Positions 10,133 through 20,032 of a DNA stretch of 64,000 nucleotides are shown piece after piece. Source of the DNA: Myxococcota bacterium. Its GTDB lineage: Bacteria > Myxococcota_A > SURF-8. A program made the translations under genes and the position numbers. The stretch's first letter is position 1. The number at the start of each line of letters is the position of its first letter. The stretch lies in assembly GCA_963674735.2 (NCBI GenBank), contig CAXXQS010000001.1:2496001-2560000 (forward strand), in the 5' to 3' direction. A model generated the notes under the pieces. It was not told the origin of the DNA, ran no database searches, and saw only the letters and a list, made by a program, of their open reading frames with translations.

Positions 10133-11720
10133 AGGCTATTTATCGCTCGTTTTACACGCTCACTTGCCTTTCGTACGGCACCCCGAACACCAGGATCACC
10201 TGGAAGAGCGCTGGCTGTTTGAAGCCATCACCGAAACATACATGCCGCTGCTGCACGTTTATCTCGGGCTTCTGCACGACCAGGTGCCTTTCAAGATCAC
10301 TATGTCGATCTCGCCCCCTTTGGCCAACATGCTGGCCGATGATTTACTCAAGGAGCGCTATCTGCGCCACCTCGACAACTTGATCGATCTGGCGAAAAAA
10401 GAAATTGCCCGGACGAAAAAAGAAGCCTCCGAATTCAGCGATCTGGCCGAAATGTACCTCCATATTTTCTCCGATACGCGAAAAACCTTCGTCGATCGTT
10501 TGGATATGGATATTCTTGGCGGGTTCAAGCAGGTGCTCGATAGCGGCAATCTCGAAATCATCACCTGTGGTGCCACCCATGGTTTTCTTCCGCTCATGCA
10601 ACATCACCCCGAGGCCATCCGCGGGCAGATCCTGACCGCCGCCGACGATTACGAACGGCATTTCGGCCAGGCCCCCAAAGGTATCTGGCTGCCGGAATGC
10701 GGCTACTTCCCGGGCCTGGATTACTATCTGGCCGAGGCGGGAATCAGTTACTTTTTGACCGACAGCCACGGCATCGACTACGCCCAACCGCGCCCCCTTC
10801 ACTCGGTGTACGCTCCCTTACAATGTCCGTCGGGTGTGGCGGCCTTCGGGCGAGATCTGGAATCGTCCAAGCAGGTGTGGAGTTCCGAGGAGGGCTACCC
10901 CGGCGATTTCGAATACCGCGAGTTCTACCGCGACGTCGGATTCGATTTGCCTTACGATTACATCAAGGACCACATCCACCCCGATGGGATCCGTCTCAAC
11001 ACCGGCGTCAAATACTTCCGCATCACCGGCAACGGCGAACTGGGTGCACGGGCCGTCTACAACCGACCCGCCGCCCTGGAGAAAGCCGCCTCTCATGCCA
11101 GCAACTTCATGTTCAATCGCGAACGCCAGATTGAGTGGCTGGCCGGTCAGATCGACAAACCTCCAATCATCGTCGCGCCTTACGACGCCGAGCTATTCGG
11201 CCACTGGTGGTTCGAGGGACCCGAATTCATCAACTATTTGATGCGAAAAGTCGGTTTCGACCAGAACGTCTTCGAGTTGACGACTCCCCGACATTATCTG
11301 GAAAACGAACCTATTCTTCAAGTCGCAACACCGGCGGGTTCGAGTTGGGGCGACAAAGGCTATTACGAAGTTTGGCTCAACGGTTCCAACGACTGGATTT
11401 ATCTGCATCTGCATGAGGCCGCCGAACGCATGAGTGAACTGGTCCGCCATCCGCGCCGTGGCGAGGAACAGATAGAGCGCGCGGTCAAACAGGCATTGCG
11501 GGAACTGCTTCTCGCACAAAGTAGCGATTGGGCGTTTATCATGACCACCGCCACATCGGTTGGCTATGCCAACCAACGCACCGACATGCACATGGAACGA
11601 TTTAACGAGTTGTATTCGCAAGTAATACAAGGTACCATCAACGAAGAATTCCTGGCCGACATCGAAGCGAAAGACAACATCTTCCCCACGATCGATCCGG
11701 ACGTGTACCGTCCGCGCTAG
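10125..11720 (+). CDS. GH57 1,4-alpha-glucan branching enzyme (DUF1957 type)
   Basis: LVLHAHLPFV, EAITETYMPL, ATHGFLP, WLPECGY, PYDAELFGHWWFEG, LAQSSDWAF. Confidence 0.93.
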   Translation: MAKGYLSLVLHAHLPFVRHPEHQDHLEERWLFEAITETYMPLLHVYLGLLHDQVPFKITMSISPPLANMLADDLLKERYLRHLDNLIDLAKKEIARTKKEASEFSDLAEMYLHIFSDTRKTFVDRLDMDILGGFKQVLDSGNLEIITCGATHGFLPLMQHHPEAIRGQILTAADDYERHFGQAPKGIWLPECGYFPGLDYYLAEAGISYFLTDSHGIDYAQPRPLHSVYAPLQCPSGVAAFGRDLESSKQVWSSEEGYPGDFEYREFYRDVGFDLPYDYIKDHIHPDGIRLNTGVKYFRITGNGELGARAVYNRPAALEKAASHASNFMFNRERQIEWLAGQIDKPPIIVAPYDAELFGHWWFEGPEFINYLMRKVGFDQNVFELTTPRHYLENEPILQVATPAGSSWGDKGYYEVWLNGSNDWIYLHLHEAAERMSELVRHPRRGEEQIERAVKQALRELLLAQSSDWAFIMTTATSVGYANQRTDMHMERFNELYSQVIQGTINEEFLADIEAKDNIFPTIDPDVYRPR

Positions 11721-11733
11721 AGAGGAAGTCAGT

Positions 11734-13227
11734 ATGGCCGAACGGAAACTCAGAGTGTTATATGCAGCCGCCGAGGTCGCCCCCTTTTCCAAGGTGGGCG
11801 GTTTAGCCGACGTGGCCGGAGCGCTTCCACGCGCCTTGATCGCTGAAAAAGTCGATATCCGGTTGATCACGCCCCTTTATGGAATGATCGACCGTTCCGC
11901 CTGGCGTATACGCCGAGTGGCCGGATTGGGCGATCTTCATATTCCCATCGGTGAGCACGATTATGCGATCCGCTTCTTTCGCGGAAACCTACCGGACTCG
12001 AAAGTGCAAGTCTTTTTCATGGAATGCGATGACCTCTTCGCCGGAGAAGGTGTTTACGCCGATCCCGCCAGTGGACATGATTACCCCGATAACCCGGCAC
12101 GTTTCATCCTGTTCTCGAAGGCCATTCTCTCATTTCTCCAGACAGGTGTATTCGACGCAGACATCTTGCATCTAAACGATAACCAGACCGCTTTGGCGGC
12201 AGCGATGATGAAAACATCCGAGGCCTATGCCGACGCACGCAAGCTACCGACTTTACTAACGATTCATAACATCCAGTATCAGGGAAACTATAGTCTGCAC
12301 CATCTGTACGACGCGGGGCTGAGTCCTTATCTGGCGGCTCCCGGCGGACCTTTCGAGTTTTACGGCGGCTTCAATTTCCTGAAAGCCGGAATCGAATACG
12401 CCGATAAAATCAATACCGTATCGGACACCTATGCCCGCGAAACGCTCCAATTTGATGAAATCAGTTTCGGTTTACAGGGTGTGCTGAATAATCGAAAAAA
12501 CGATTACTTCGGCATCCTAAACGGCGCAGATTACAACGACTGGAATCCGGCTAAAGACAAGCATCTGGTCAAAACATACAGCTCCCGCAATCTGAGCGGC
12601 AAAACGGTCAACAAGCAAGATCTGATCGAACTCTGCGATTTTAACGATCCAGCCGCCGCACGTCCCTTGGCTGGAATCATTACACGCCTGGTCCAACAAA
12701 AAGGGCTGGACTTGCTCCTTGAAGCGCTACCCAGGCTCATGGAACAAACGGACATCAACTTGGTTATACTTGGGTCGGGCGCCCCTCATTACGCTGAGGC
12801 ACTGCGTGCGGCGGAGGCATACTTCCCAGGACGCTTGAAAGTATTTCTGAAATTCGACAACACTTTGGCGCACCGCATTGAGGCGGGGAGCGACCTCTAC
12901 CTCATGCCATCCGTTTTCGAACCCTGCGGACTTAACCAATTATACTCGCTAAAATACGGAGCGCTGCCGGTCGTGCACTATACGGGCGGATTGGCGGACA
13001 CGGTCCAGGAAGTGGACCCAGCCACCGGCAAAGGCTGGGGCTTCACGTTTACCGAGTATTCCGTCAACGGTTTTATGGACGCAATATTACGCGCCGTTGA
13101 GGCTTACGGCGATCGAGACACTTGGGCGAAACTGGTTAAACGCGCCATGCTGCTTGATTTCTCATGGGCTGCCAGTGCCAAACGGTATAAGGAGGTCTAC
13201 AAAAGTCTGGTCGATGGACAATCTTGA
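11734..13227 (+). CDS. glgA: Glycogen synthase
   Basis: KVGGLADV, TIHNIQYQG, RLVQQKG, FEPCGLNQ, TGGLADTV. Confidence 0.95.
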   Translation: MAERKLRVLYAAAEVAPFSKVGGLADVAGALPRALIAEKVDIRLITPLYGMIDRSAWRIRRVAGLGDLHIPIGEHDYAIRFFRGNLPDSKVQVFFMECDDLFAGEGVYADPASGHDYPDNPARFILFSKAILSFLQTGVFDADILHLNDNQTALAAAMMKTSEAYADARKLPTLLTIHNIQYQGNYSLHHLYDAGLSPYLAAPGGPFEFYGGFNFLKAGIEYADKINTVSDTYARETLQFDEISFGLQGVLNNRKNDYFGILNGADYNDWNPAKDKHLVKTYSSRNLSGKTVNKQDLIELCDFNDPAAARPLAGIITRLVQQKGLDLLLEALPRLMEQTDINLVILGSGAPHYAEALRAAEAYFPGRLKVFLKFDNTLAHRIEAGSDLYLMPSVFEPCGLNQLYSLKYGALPVVHYTGGLADTVQEVDPATGKGWGFTFTEYSVNGFMDAILRAVEAYGDRDTWAKLVKRAMLLDFSWAASAKRYKEVYKSLVDGQS

Positions 13228-15436
13228 ACCTATCCAACACCCGTTGAAACAGTGGGTTATCGGCATCTTGGACTTTCTGGGGCCCCTGTTTCACAAATCG
13301 GAAATGGGCGTTATGCTCATCGACCGCAATGCGTATGTCCATTGGTCCGACCAAGGTCTGTCGGAGTTGGGAATATGCCATCATATAGAGGAAGATCCCA
13401 AAGCAAAACCGTTCTATGCCTTCGACCATGATGACTGCATAACCTGCCCACTAGCCGAGGCTTGCCGGAATCCGATTGAAAGCCATGCCTTTTCTGCACT
13501 GGCCTCCACCGAGAACACCAAGGAAAAACGTAGTTTTTCCATGTACAGCCATCCGGTAGTCGACGAAAATAACGAAGCGTTGTATTACATTCTCTTTGTA
13601 AACGAAGTCACCGACCGCGAGCAGGCATTCCGAGAGAAACAGCAGCTTCACCTCATGCTTTCCAACGTGTTGGACAACACCGCCGATGCCGTTATCACCC
13701 TCGACATGAAGCAAGCCATTCATTCCTGGAACAATGGAGCCTGGACGGCATTTGGATATACACGTGAGGAAGTGCGCGGCGAACACATCGGTTTACTCAT
13801 TCCGGACAATCCCGAATCCCAGCAGGCCTTCGTCGAAATTCAGCAACTCCTCGAAGACCAAGGCTTTGTTCGTAACTCGCGCACACGCATGCGCACCAAA
13901 GAAGGCCGTACAATCGATGTCGCCGTCACGCAGACCGTCATGCACGATCTGGGTGACGAACCGTTCGGTTATTCGTTAATCATTCGCGATATCTCAACGG
14001 TCGTTGAGCTGGAAACCAATTTGCAGGCCAAAGTCGACCATCTTCAAAAACAGTTACAGCTCGACAATATCATTCGCAGCGCGCACACCCTCGACGAAGT
14101 CAGCACGACGATTCTCGTTGCCGTTACGGCCGGAGAAGGCCTGCGGTTCAATCGGGCGTTTTTATTGATCGTGGATCAGGATCACCAACGTTTGATCGGA
14201 ATGCAAGCCGTAGGACCATCCAGCCCGGAGGAAGCCCACGAAATCTATCAACAGCATTATTTAGAGCACCCGACGCTGGCCGAAATCCTGCAGGACCGTC
14301 TCAAGTATCAAAATAAGTCCGACCAACTCGTCAATGAACAAGTGCGCAAAGTGGACATCCCGCTTTCCGACACCGAACATCCATTCGTAAGATGCTTGCT
14401 CGAAAACCAGCCCTATTTGTTTATGAGCGGAAACCCCGATGAAGCGCGCCTGCACGAACTTTTGGAAATCATTCCGTCCGTTCAATTCGTCTGTGCCCCC
14501 ATGATCTGGCAGGACCGCCCTATCGGAATCATCATGGCGGATAATCCGGTTACGCGCCAAGACATCAACATGAACGAGATCGAGTTTTTAAGCAGCTTTG
14601 CCAATCGCGCCGCATCCGCCATTTCAAACATCCAGTTACAGGAAAACCTCCAGGCCAAGTTGGAGGAACTAAGAAACGCTTACCAGCAACTCTCGGACAT
14701 GCAAAAAATGACCTTGCATCAGGAAAAGCTGGCGGCGTTGGGCGAAATGGCATCGACCGTTGCCCATGAAATCCGAAACCCGCTGGTATCGATTGGCGGG
14801 TTTGCACGGTTGATCGCCAAAGGAAAGTTATCCAAGGAGAACAAACGTTATCTGGATATCGTCACGGCGGAAACCAGCCGCATGGAGCGCATTCTTGAGG
14901 AAGTACTCGGCTACGTTCGCAGACCCGATCACGAAACCCAACTCCACGATGTCAATGGACTGTTGTCGGAATACCTCACGTTGGTCCGGCGGCAGGTGGC
15001 GAACAGCGATCTCGTCGTGACTTTCGACGCCGATCCGGCATGTCCCATGATCGAATGCAACGATTACCAACTCAAGCAAGCCTTTATCAATATCATCCAA
15101 AATGGGCTCGATGCACTCGGTCGCCGAGGACAACTCGGTATTACCACCCACTACAACCAACACATAGACGAAGTGGTGATACGTATCTCCGATACGGGTA
15201 TCGGCATCAGTGAAGAAACAAAAGCCAATCTATTCAAGCCGTTCTTTACGACCAAATCACGCGGGACCGGTCTCGGCCTCAGCGTGACAAAGCAAATTAT
15301 CACGAATCACAACGGTTCGATCAATGTTCACAGCATCGAGGGAGAAGGGTCAACATTCGAAATCCGTCTCCCCACCAGCCGGAAAAAGGAGGCATCCCAT
15401 GACGGCAACAACGAAGAAGAAGCTGCTCATCGTTGA
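13214..15436 (+). CDS. Cytoplasmic PAS-PAS-GAF sensor histidine kinase
   Basis: AHEIRNPL H-box, QAFINIIQN N-box, DTGIG, PFFTTK, GTGLGL; PAS motif SWNNGA..FGY; no transmembrane segments; overlaps glgA. Confidence 0.93.
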   Translation: MDNLEPIQHPLKQWVIGILDFLGPLFHKSEMGVMLIDRNAYVHWSDQGLSELGICHHIEEDPKAKPFYAFDHDDCITCPLAEACRNPIESHAFSALASTENTKEKRSFSMYSHPVVDENNEALYYILFVNEVTDREQAFREKQQLHLMLSNVLDNTADAVITLDMKQAIHSWNNGAWTAFGYTREEVRGEHIGLLIPDNPESQQAFVEIQQLLEDQGFVRNSRTRMRTKEGRTIDVAVTQTVMHDLGDEPFGYSLIIRDISTVVELETNLQAKVDHLQKQLQLDNIIRSAHTLDEVSTTILVAVTAGEGLRFNRAFLLIVDQDHQRLIGMQAVGPSSPEEAHEIYQQHYLEHPTLAEILQDRLKYQNKSDQLVNEQVRKVDIPLSDTEHPFVRCLLENQPYLFMSGNPDEARLHELLEIIPSVQFVCAPMIWQDRPIGIIMADNPVTRQDINMNEIEFLSSFANRAASAISNIQLQENLQAKLEELRNAYQQLSDMQKMTLHQEKLAALGEMASTVAHEIRNPLVSIGGFARLIAKGKLSKENKRYLDIVTAETSRMERILEEVLGYVRRPDHETQLHDVNGLLSEYLTLVRRQVANSDLVVTFDADPACPMIECNDYQLKQAFINIIQNGLDALGRRGQLGITTHYNQHIDEVVIRISDTGIGISEETKANLFKPFFTTKSRGTGLGLSVTKQIITNHNGSINVHSIEGEGSTFEIRLPTSRKKEASHDGNNEEEAAHR

Positions 15437-15776
15437 CGATGAGTCCCATATTCGTGAACTCTACAAAGCCGAATTCGACATGGAAGGATACGAGGTCGTT
15501 CTGGCCTCCAGCGGTCCGGAAGCACTCTCCATGATTGAAAATTCCAAACCCGATCTGGTGGTGTTGGATATTCGTATGCCCGGCATGGACGGAATCGAAG
15601 CCATGGGTGAAATACTGGGTCGCGACAACGAACTGCCGGTTATTATCAACAGCGCCTATAGCCACTACAAAGAGAACTTTATGAGTTGGTCGGCCGACGC
15701 CTATATCGTAAAATCGGCTGATTTGACCGAACTGAAGGCAAAGGTGGCTGAACTGCTGAATCGCGGGATCGAATAA
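15399..15776 (+). CDS. Single-domain response regulator (receiver only)
   Basis: LIVDDE, phosphoacceptor LDIRMP, S-A and K residues; strong SD AAGGAGG; no output domain. Confidence 0.93.
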   Translation: MTATTKKKLLIVDDESHIRELYKAEFDMEGYEVVLASSGPEALSMIENSKPDLVVLDIRMPGMDGIEAMGEILGRDNELPVIINSAYSHYKENFMSWSADAYIVKSADLTELKAKVAELLNRGIE

Positions 15777-15816
15777 ACCAGACCATTCGGCACATCAGGA
15801 CGTAAGGAAATTTCAC

Positions 15817-17049
15817 ATGCAAGGTTATTGGTCCGGCATTTATCGAAATACACTGACAATGATTTTAGCGGGTGGCCGAGGTGAACGCCTTTACCCACTG
15901 ACCCAACCGCGTTCAAAGCCTTCAGTCCCTTTTGGCGGCATGTATCGTATCATCGACTTCACGCTCAGCAATGCCATCAATTCGGGCTTCCGACGTATTT
16001 ATCTGCTTACTCAGTATAAGAGCCAATCACTGGATGAACACGTACGTAAAGGCTGGAATATCCTTGCACCGGAACTGGGCGAGTTCATCTATGCCGTCCC
16101 CCCCCAACAACGCTATCGCGATCGCTGGTACTCGGGTACGGCCGACGCAATCTTTCAGAACCTCAACTTGCTCGACAAGCACAAACCCAATAACGTTCTG
16201 ATCCTCTCGGGTGACCACATTTACCGGATGGATTACTCCAAGCTGGTCGCGTTTCATCTCGAAAAAGATGCAGACGTAACGGTTTCCACCATCCCGGTTG
16301 CGATCGCCGATGCCGGTCGTTTCGGTGTCTGTCAGACAAACAAAGACGACCGAATCCAATCTTTTCAGGAAAAGGTGGCCGATCCCGCCCAGATCCCGGA
16401 CCGTCCCGGTTATTGCCTGGGAAGCATGGGCGTCTACATTTTCAAAACGGAGCCGCTCGCCCGTATGGTTGCGCAGGATGCCAAGCGTAACACCTCACAC
16501 GACTTCGGAAAAAACATCATCCCCGATATGATCGATCGCTATAAGGTCTATGCTTATACGTTCAAAGATGAGTTTAAAGACGGACCGGATGCCTACTGGC
16601 GCGACATCGGAACGCTCGACAGCTATTTCGAAGCGTCGCTGAATTTGGTTTCCGTCGATCCCGAATTCAATCTATACGAAAATGCCTGGCCCGTCCGCAC
16701 CTACTTCGATCTGCACCCACCCGCCAAAACCGTCTGGCGCGGCGAAGCCCGACGCGGTCAGATTATCGAGTCGATGGTTTGCAATGGAACCATTGTTTCG
16801 GGTGGCACCGTGGTCCGCTCGATCCTCAGCCCTGGCGTACGCATCAACAGCTTCTCCCACACTGACGAATGCATCCTGTTCAACAACGTCGACGTCGGCC
16901 GCTATTGCCGTCTAAGACGCGTCATTGTGGATAAAGATGTGAAAATTCCAGAGGGTACGGTCATTGGCTATGATTCGGTAAGTGACCGTAAACGCTTTGT
17001 CACAACACCAAACGGTGTCAGCGTCATCCCCAAAGGTTACGTTTTCTAA
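15817..17049 (+). CDS. glgC: Glucose-1-phosphate adenylyltransferase
   Basis: LAGGRGERL, KPSVPFGG, GTADAIFQN, SGDHIY, DFGKNIIP, YWRDIGT and a C-terminal beta-helix. Confidence 0.96.
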   Translation: MQGYWSGIYRNTLTMILAGGRGERLYPLTQPRSKPSVPFGGMYRIIDFTLSNAINSGFRRIYLLTQYKSQSLDEHVRKGWNILAPELGEFIYAVPPQQRYRDRWYSGTADAIFQNLNLLDKHKPNNVLILSGDHIYRMDYSKLVAFHLEKDADVTVSTIPVAIADAGRFGVCQTNKDDRIQSFQEKVADPAQIPDRPGYCLGSMGVYIFKTEPLARMVAQDAKRNTSHDFGKNIIPDMIDRYKVYAYTFKDEFKDGPDAYWRDIGTLDSYFEASLNLVSVDPEFNLYENAWPVRTYFDLHPPAKTVWRGEARRGQIIESMVCNGTIVSGGTVVRSILSPGVRINSFSHTDECILFNNVDVGRYCRLRRVIVDKDVKIPEGTVIGYDSVSDRKRFVTTPNGVSVIPKGYVF

Positions 17050-17070
17050 AGTACCCTATCCAAGATTTTC

Positions 17071-17092
17071 AGGGGCTTCGGCCCCTTGTTTT
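17071..17092 (+). terminator. Rho-independent terminator ending the glycogen operon
   Basis: AGGGGC-TTCG-GCCCCT stem with a UUCG loop, then TGTTTT. Confidence 0.8.
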
Positions 17093-17122
17093 AGTTCCAC
17101 CATCCGCTTAACCGGCTTTTCT

Positions 17123-17151
17123 TTGACTTCGTTGGGCGTTTTTGCTAGAAT
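17123..17151 (+). promoter_or_regulatory. Sigma70 promoter for the lipid kinase-PP2C pair
   Basis: TTGACT-17 nt-TAGAAT with extended -10 TG. Confidence 0.7.
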
Positions 17152-17184
17152 TTTCGCCTTGTTGGAAGCAAGAGAGGCTCATAC

Positions 17185-18117
17185 ATGCCCGGTATCGGTG
17201 TCATCAACAACCCCCGTTCCAAGCAGAATCGCAAACACCCGGAACGAATCAGCAAAATCGGTTATATGCTGGGGTATGAGGGAAAATCCGAATCCACTTG
17301 GACTTTTGAAGCCCTCGACGATGTGCTGATGGAGTTCAAGCGTGAGGATATCGACATTCTCGCAATCAATGGCGGAGATGGATCGAACCATGTGACACTC
17401 ACGCATATGTTGCAGATCTGGGGCGACCACCCATTACCGAAAATCTCCCTTTTGCGGGGGGGCACGCTTAATACAATTTCCGAGGCATGCAAAATCAAGG
17501 GAAGCACCACTTGGCTGCTGTATAACCTGGCCGAAAAATACGGAGCGGGCGAGCCCTTCGAGACCATTCACCGCGACTTGCTACGGATCAACGACCACTA
17601 CGGCTTTCTGTTCGGAAACGGCATCATTGCCAACTTTATGGATACTTATTACGAATCCGGCACACCAAGCCCCAGCCATGGAGCGGCTGTGCTGCTTCGT
17701 GGAGTCGGCTCCGCTATCACAGGTGGTGCCCTGGCGAAAAAATGGACCCGCAAAATCAATGCGCGGGTGGTCATTGACGGCGAAGAAATCTCGGAAACGA
17801 GCTTCACCGCAATCATGGCCGCTACTATCCACGAAATCGGGATCGGTTTCACTCCATGGTATCGCTGCGAAGATGAGCCGGGAACCTTCCATGTTCTCTT
17901 ACTAACCGGAAGCGCCATGGACGTCGCGACCCAAGTCCCCTACATTTACTTCGGCCGAGCCCTTCATCCTAAACTGGGCTGGGATATTGTAGCCAAAGAC
18001 GTCCTTATCGAATCGGAAGAACCTTTTGGTTTTACCATCGATGGCGATATGCATTGGTCTGAAGATGGCCGAATTCACCTGGGAGTCGGTCCTCGCGTGG
18101 AGATCATTCGCAAGTGA
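17185..18117 (+). CDS. Diacylglycerol/sphingosine kinase family protein
   Basis: NP.S, GGDGS, GGTLN and DGD motifs. Confidence 0.85.
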   Translation: MPGIGVINNPRSKQNRKHPERISKIGYMLGYEGKSESTWTFEALDDVLMEFKREDIDILAINGGDGSNHVTLTHMLQIWGDHPLPKISLLRGGTLNTISEACKIKGSTTWLLYNLAEKYGAGEPFETIHRDLLRINDHYGFLFGNGIIANFMDTYYESGTPSPSHGAAVLLRGVGSAITGGALAKKWTRKINARVVIDGEEISETSFTAIMAATIHEIGIGFTPWYRCEDEPGTFHVLLLTGSAMDVATQVPYIYFGRALHPKLGWDIVAKDVLIESEEPFGFTIDGDMHWSEDGRIHLGVGPRVEIIRK

Positions 18118-18902
18118 CAATGCCTAAATCCCACAATCATTCCTACCCATTTGTCACCGGCGGATTCACTCACGTCGGTATGCGACGCGACCACAACGAG
18201 GATGCCTTCTCGATCAATCCCGACCGACGGCTGTTCATCGTCGCCGATGGCATGGGCGGGCACAATTCGGGCGAAATCGCCAGCAAAATGACGATCGAAA
18301 CCATCGACAATTTCTTCAAAGCCCACGAACAGGACGAAGAAATCACCTGGCCCTATAAATATGATCGCCGCCTCAACTTCGCCCAGAACATGTTGAAAGT
18401 GGGCACGATGCTGGCAAATGACCGGGTCTGGGAAACTTCCCAGCGTAACGACCTGTACCATGGAATGGGCACGACCGTCGTCGCCGTCCACCTGGAAAAC
18501 CGGACTGCCCATATCGCCAATGTCGGCGACTCGCGCTGCTACTTGTGCCGCGAAGGAGAAATCAGACAACTGAGCGAGGATCATAGCTTACTCAACGATA
18601 CGCTCAAACGTCAAAAGCTGACCCCTGAAGAGATCAAGAATTTCCCACATAAGAACGTCATCATGCGGGCTTTGGGCATCAAAGATCAGGTCGAAGTAGA
18701 CCTTTTCCAGCATGAAATGCGGAAAGGCGACACCTTGCTGCTGTGTACGGATGGCCTCACCGACATGATCAGCGACCAGCAGATTCTGGATGTGATGTTC
18801 ACCACTCCCGATATCAAGCTGGCGGCCAAGCTTTTAGTACGCGAGGCAAACCATGCCGGCGGTAACGACAATATCACCACGGTCCTGATACAATTACCCT
18901 AA
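18114..18902 (+). CDS. PP2C-type Ser/Thr protein phosphatase (Stp1/IreP family)
   Basis: RDHNED, VADGMGGH, ANVGDSR, LCTDGL, GGNDNIT. Confidence 0.95.
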   Translation: MTMPKSHNHSYPFVTGGFTHVGMRRDHNEDAFSINPDRRLFIVADGMGGHNSGEIASKMTIETIDNFFKAHEQDEEITWPYKYDRRLNFAQNMLKVGTMLANDRVWETSQRNDLYHGMGTTVVAVHLENRTAHIANVGDSRCYLCREGEIRQLSEDHSLLNDTLKRQKLTPEEIKNFPHKNVIMRALGIKDQVEVDLFQHEMRKGDTLLLCTDGLTDMISDQQILDVMFTTPDIKLAAKLLVREANHAGGNDNITTVLIQLP

Positions 18903-18952
18903 AGTTGTTCCGGAAAAATGAATGCTACGGAAAAGCCATTTCGGGAATTTAC

Positions 18953-20032
18953 TCATTCCCCGTTGGCATTCTCGATGATTTGCGTATTGCTTGCGGTGGT
19001 GGGTACACGCAACTTGTGTTTGCGGTTCATCACCATTCCGATCACCTTCTGGCGATTCCCCACCTTGGTTCCGGCGAACACGATCGAGTCACTGACTTGC
19101 GCATTTTTTCCGATTTGGCTGTTATCGCCAATGACGGCATACGGTCCGACCTTGGCATTGTCCCCGATGCGCACGTTGTGCCCGACGATGAACGGCGGAA
19201 TAAACTCGATCGCCGACCCCAATTCCACATTTTCACCTAAACAGGCCAACTCGGCTTTGTCTTTTTCAGGTTTCAAAATGAAATGGGCCAGCGGATCGTA
19301 ATGACGAAAATTGATTCGCCTTTCCAAAAACGCCATGTTCGCCGTATAGTATGTTTCCGGTCGTCCCAGATCGCTCCAAAAGCCGTTCGTGATATAGCCC
19401 ATCACCCGCTCACCATTATCCACCATCTTGGGATAGGCATAGGCGTTGATACAGGTGGTGATATTCGGGGGGACATACTCGAACACACGCGGCGACAAAA
19501 TATGTATACCGGTAAAAACAGTCGGGGTGCGTTCACTTTCACGAACATCATTGATGCGTCCGGCGATATTGCGGATGGCGCATGATTCATCGACTTCCAC
19601 GGCTCCGTAAGTTTGAATGGAAGCATCCCGTGTCAGTACCATGGTTGCCACCGCATCGTGCCGACGATGGAAGTGAATGGCTTCTTCCAAATCGCAATCC
19701 ACCAGGATATCGGCGTTCATCACCACAAAACAGTCTTCACCATCGAAGAAACGTTCCACGTTTTTCAGGCCACCACCGGTTCCCCAGAGTTCGTCTTCAT
19801 GGCTGTAGGTGATGCGGACACCCATGACGGATCCATCACCGAGTTCCTGTTCGATCATCTTGGGCAGATGATAGAGATTGATTACGATATCTTTGCAGCC
19901 ATAGTGTTTGAGAAACTCGATGTTGTAACGGATAACCGGCAAATTCGCGACGGGAAAGAGCGGTTTGGGCAGGCTTTCGGTCAGCGGTAACAACCGTTCG
20001 CCTTTTCCAGCGGCCAGAATCATGGCTTTCAT
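18953..20032 (-). CDS. Sugar-phosphate nucleotidyltransferase (MurU/mannose-1-P guanylyltransferase-like) with a C-terminal left-handed beta-helix
   Basis: KAMILAAGKGERL.PLT..PKPL, GTGGGL, WSDLG and hexapeptide repeats. Confidence 0.88.
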   Translation of the reverse strand: MKAMILAAGKGERLLPLTESLPKPLFPVANLPVIRYNIEFLKHYGCKDIVINLYHLPKMIEQELGDGSVMGVRITYSHEDELWGTGGGLKNVERFFDGEDCFVVMNADILVDCDLEEAIHFHRRHDAVATMVLTRDASIQTYGAVEVDESCAIRNIAGRINDVRESERTPTVFTGIHILSPRVFEYVPPNITTCINAYAYPKMVDNGERVMGYITNGFWSDLGRPETYYTANMAFLERRINFRHYDPLAHFILKPEKDKAELACLGENVELGSAIEFIPPFIVGHNVRIGDNAKVGPYAVIGDNSQIGKNAQVSDSIVFAGTKVGNRQKVIGMVMNRKHKLRVPTTASNTQIIENANGE

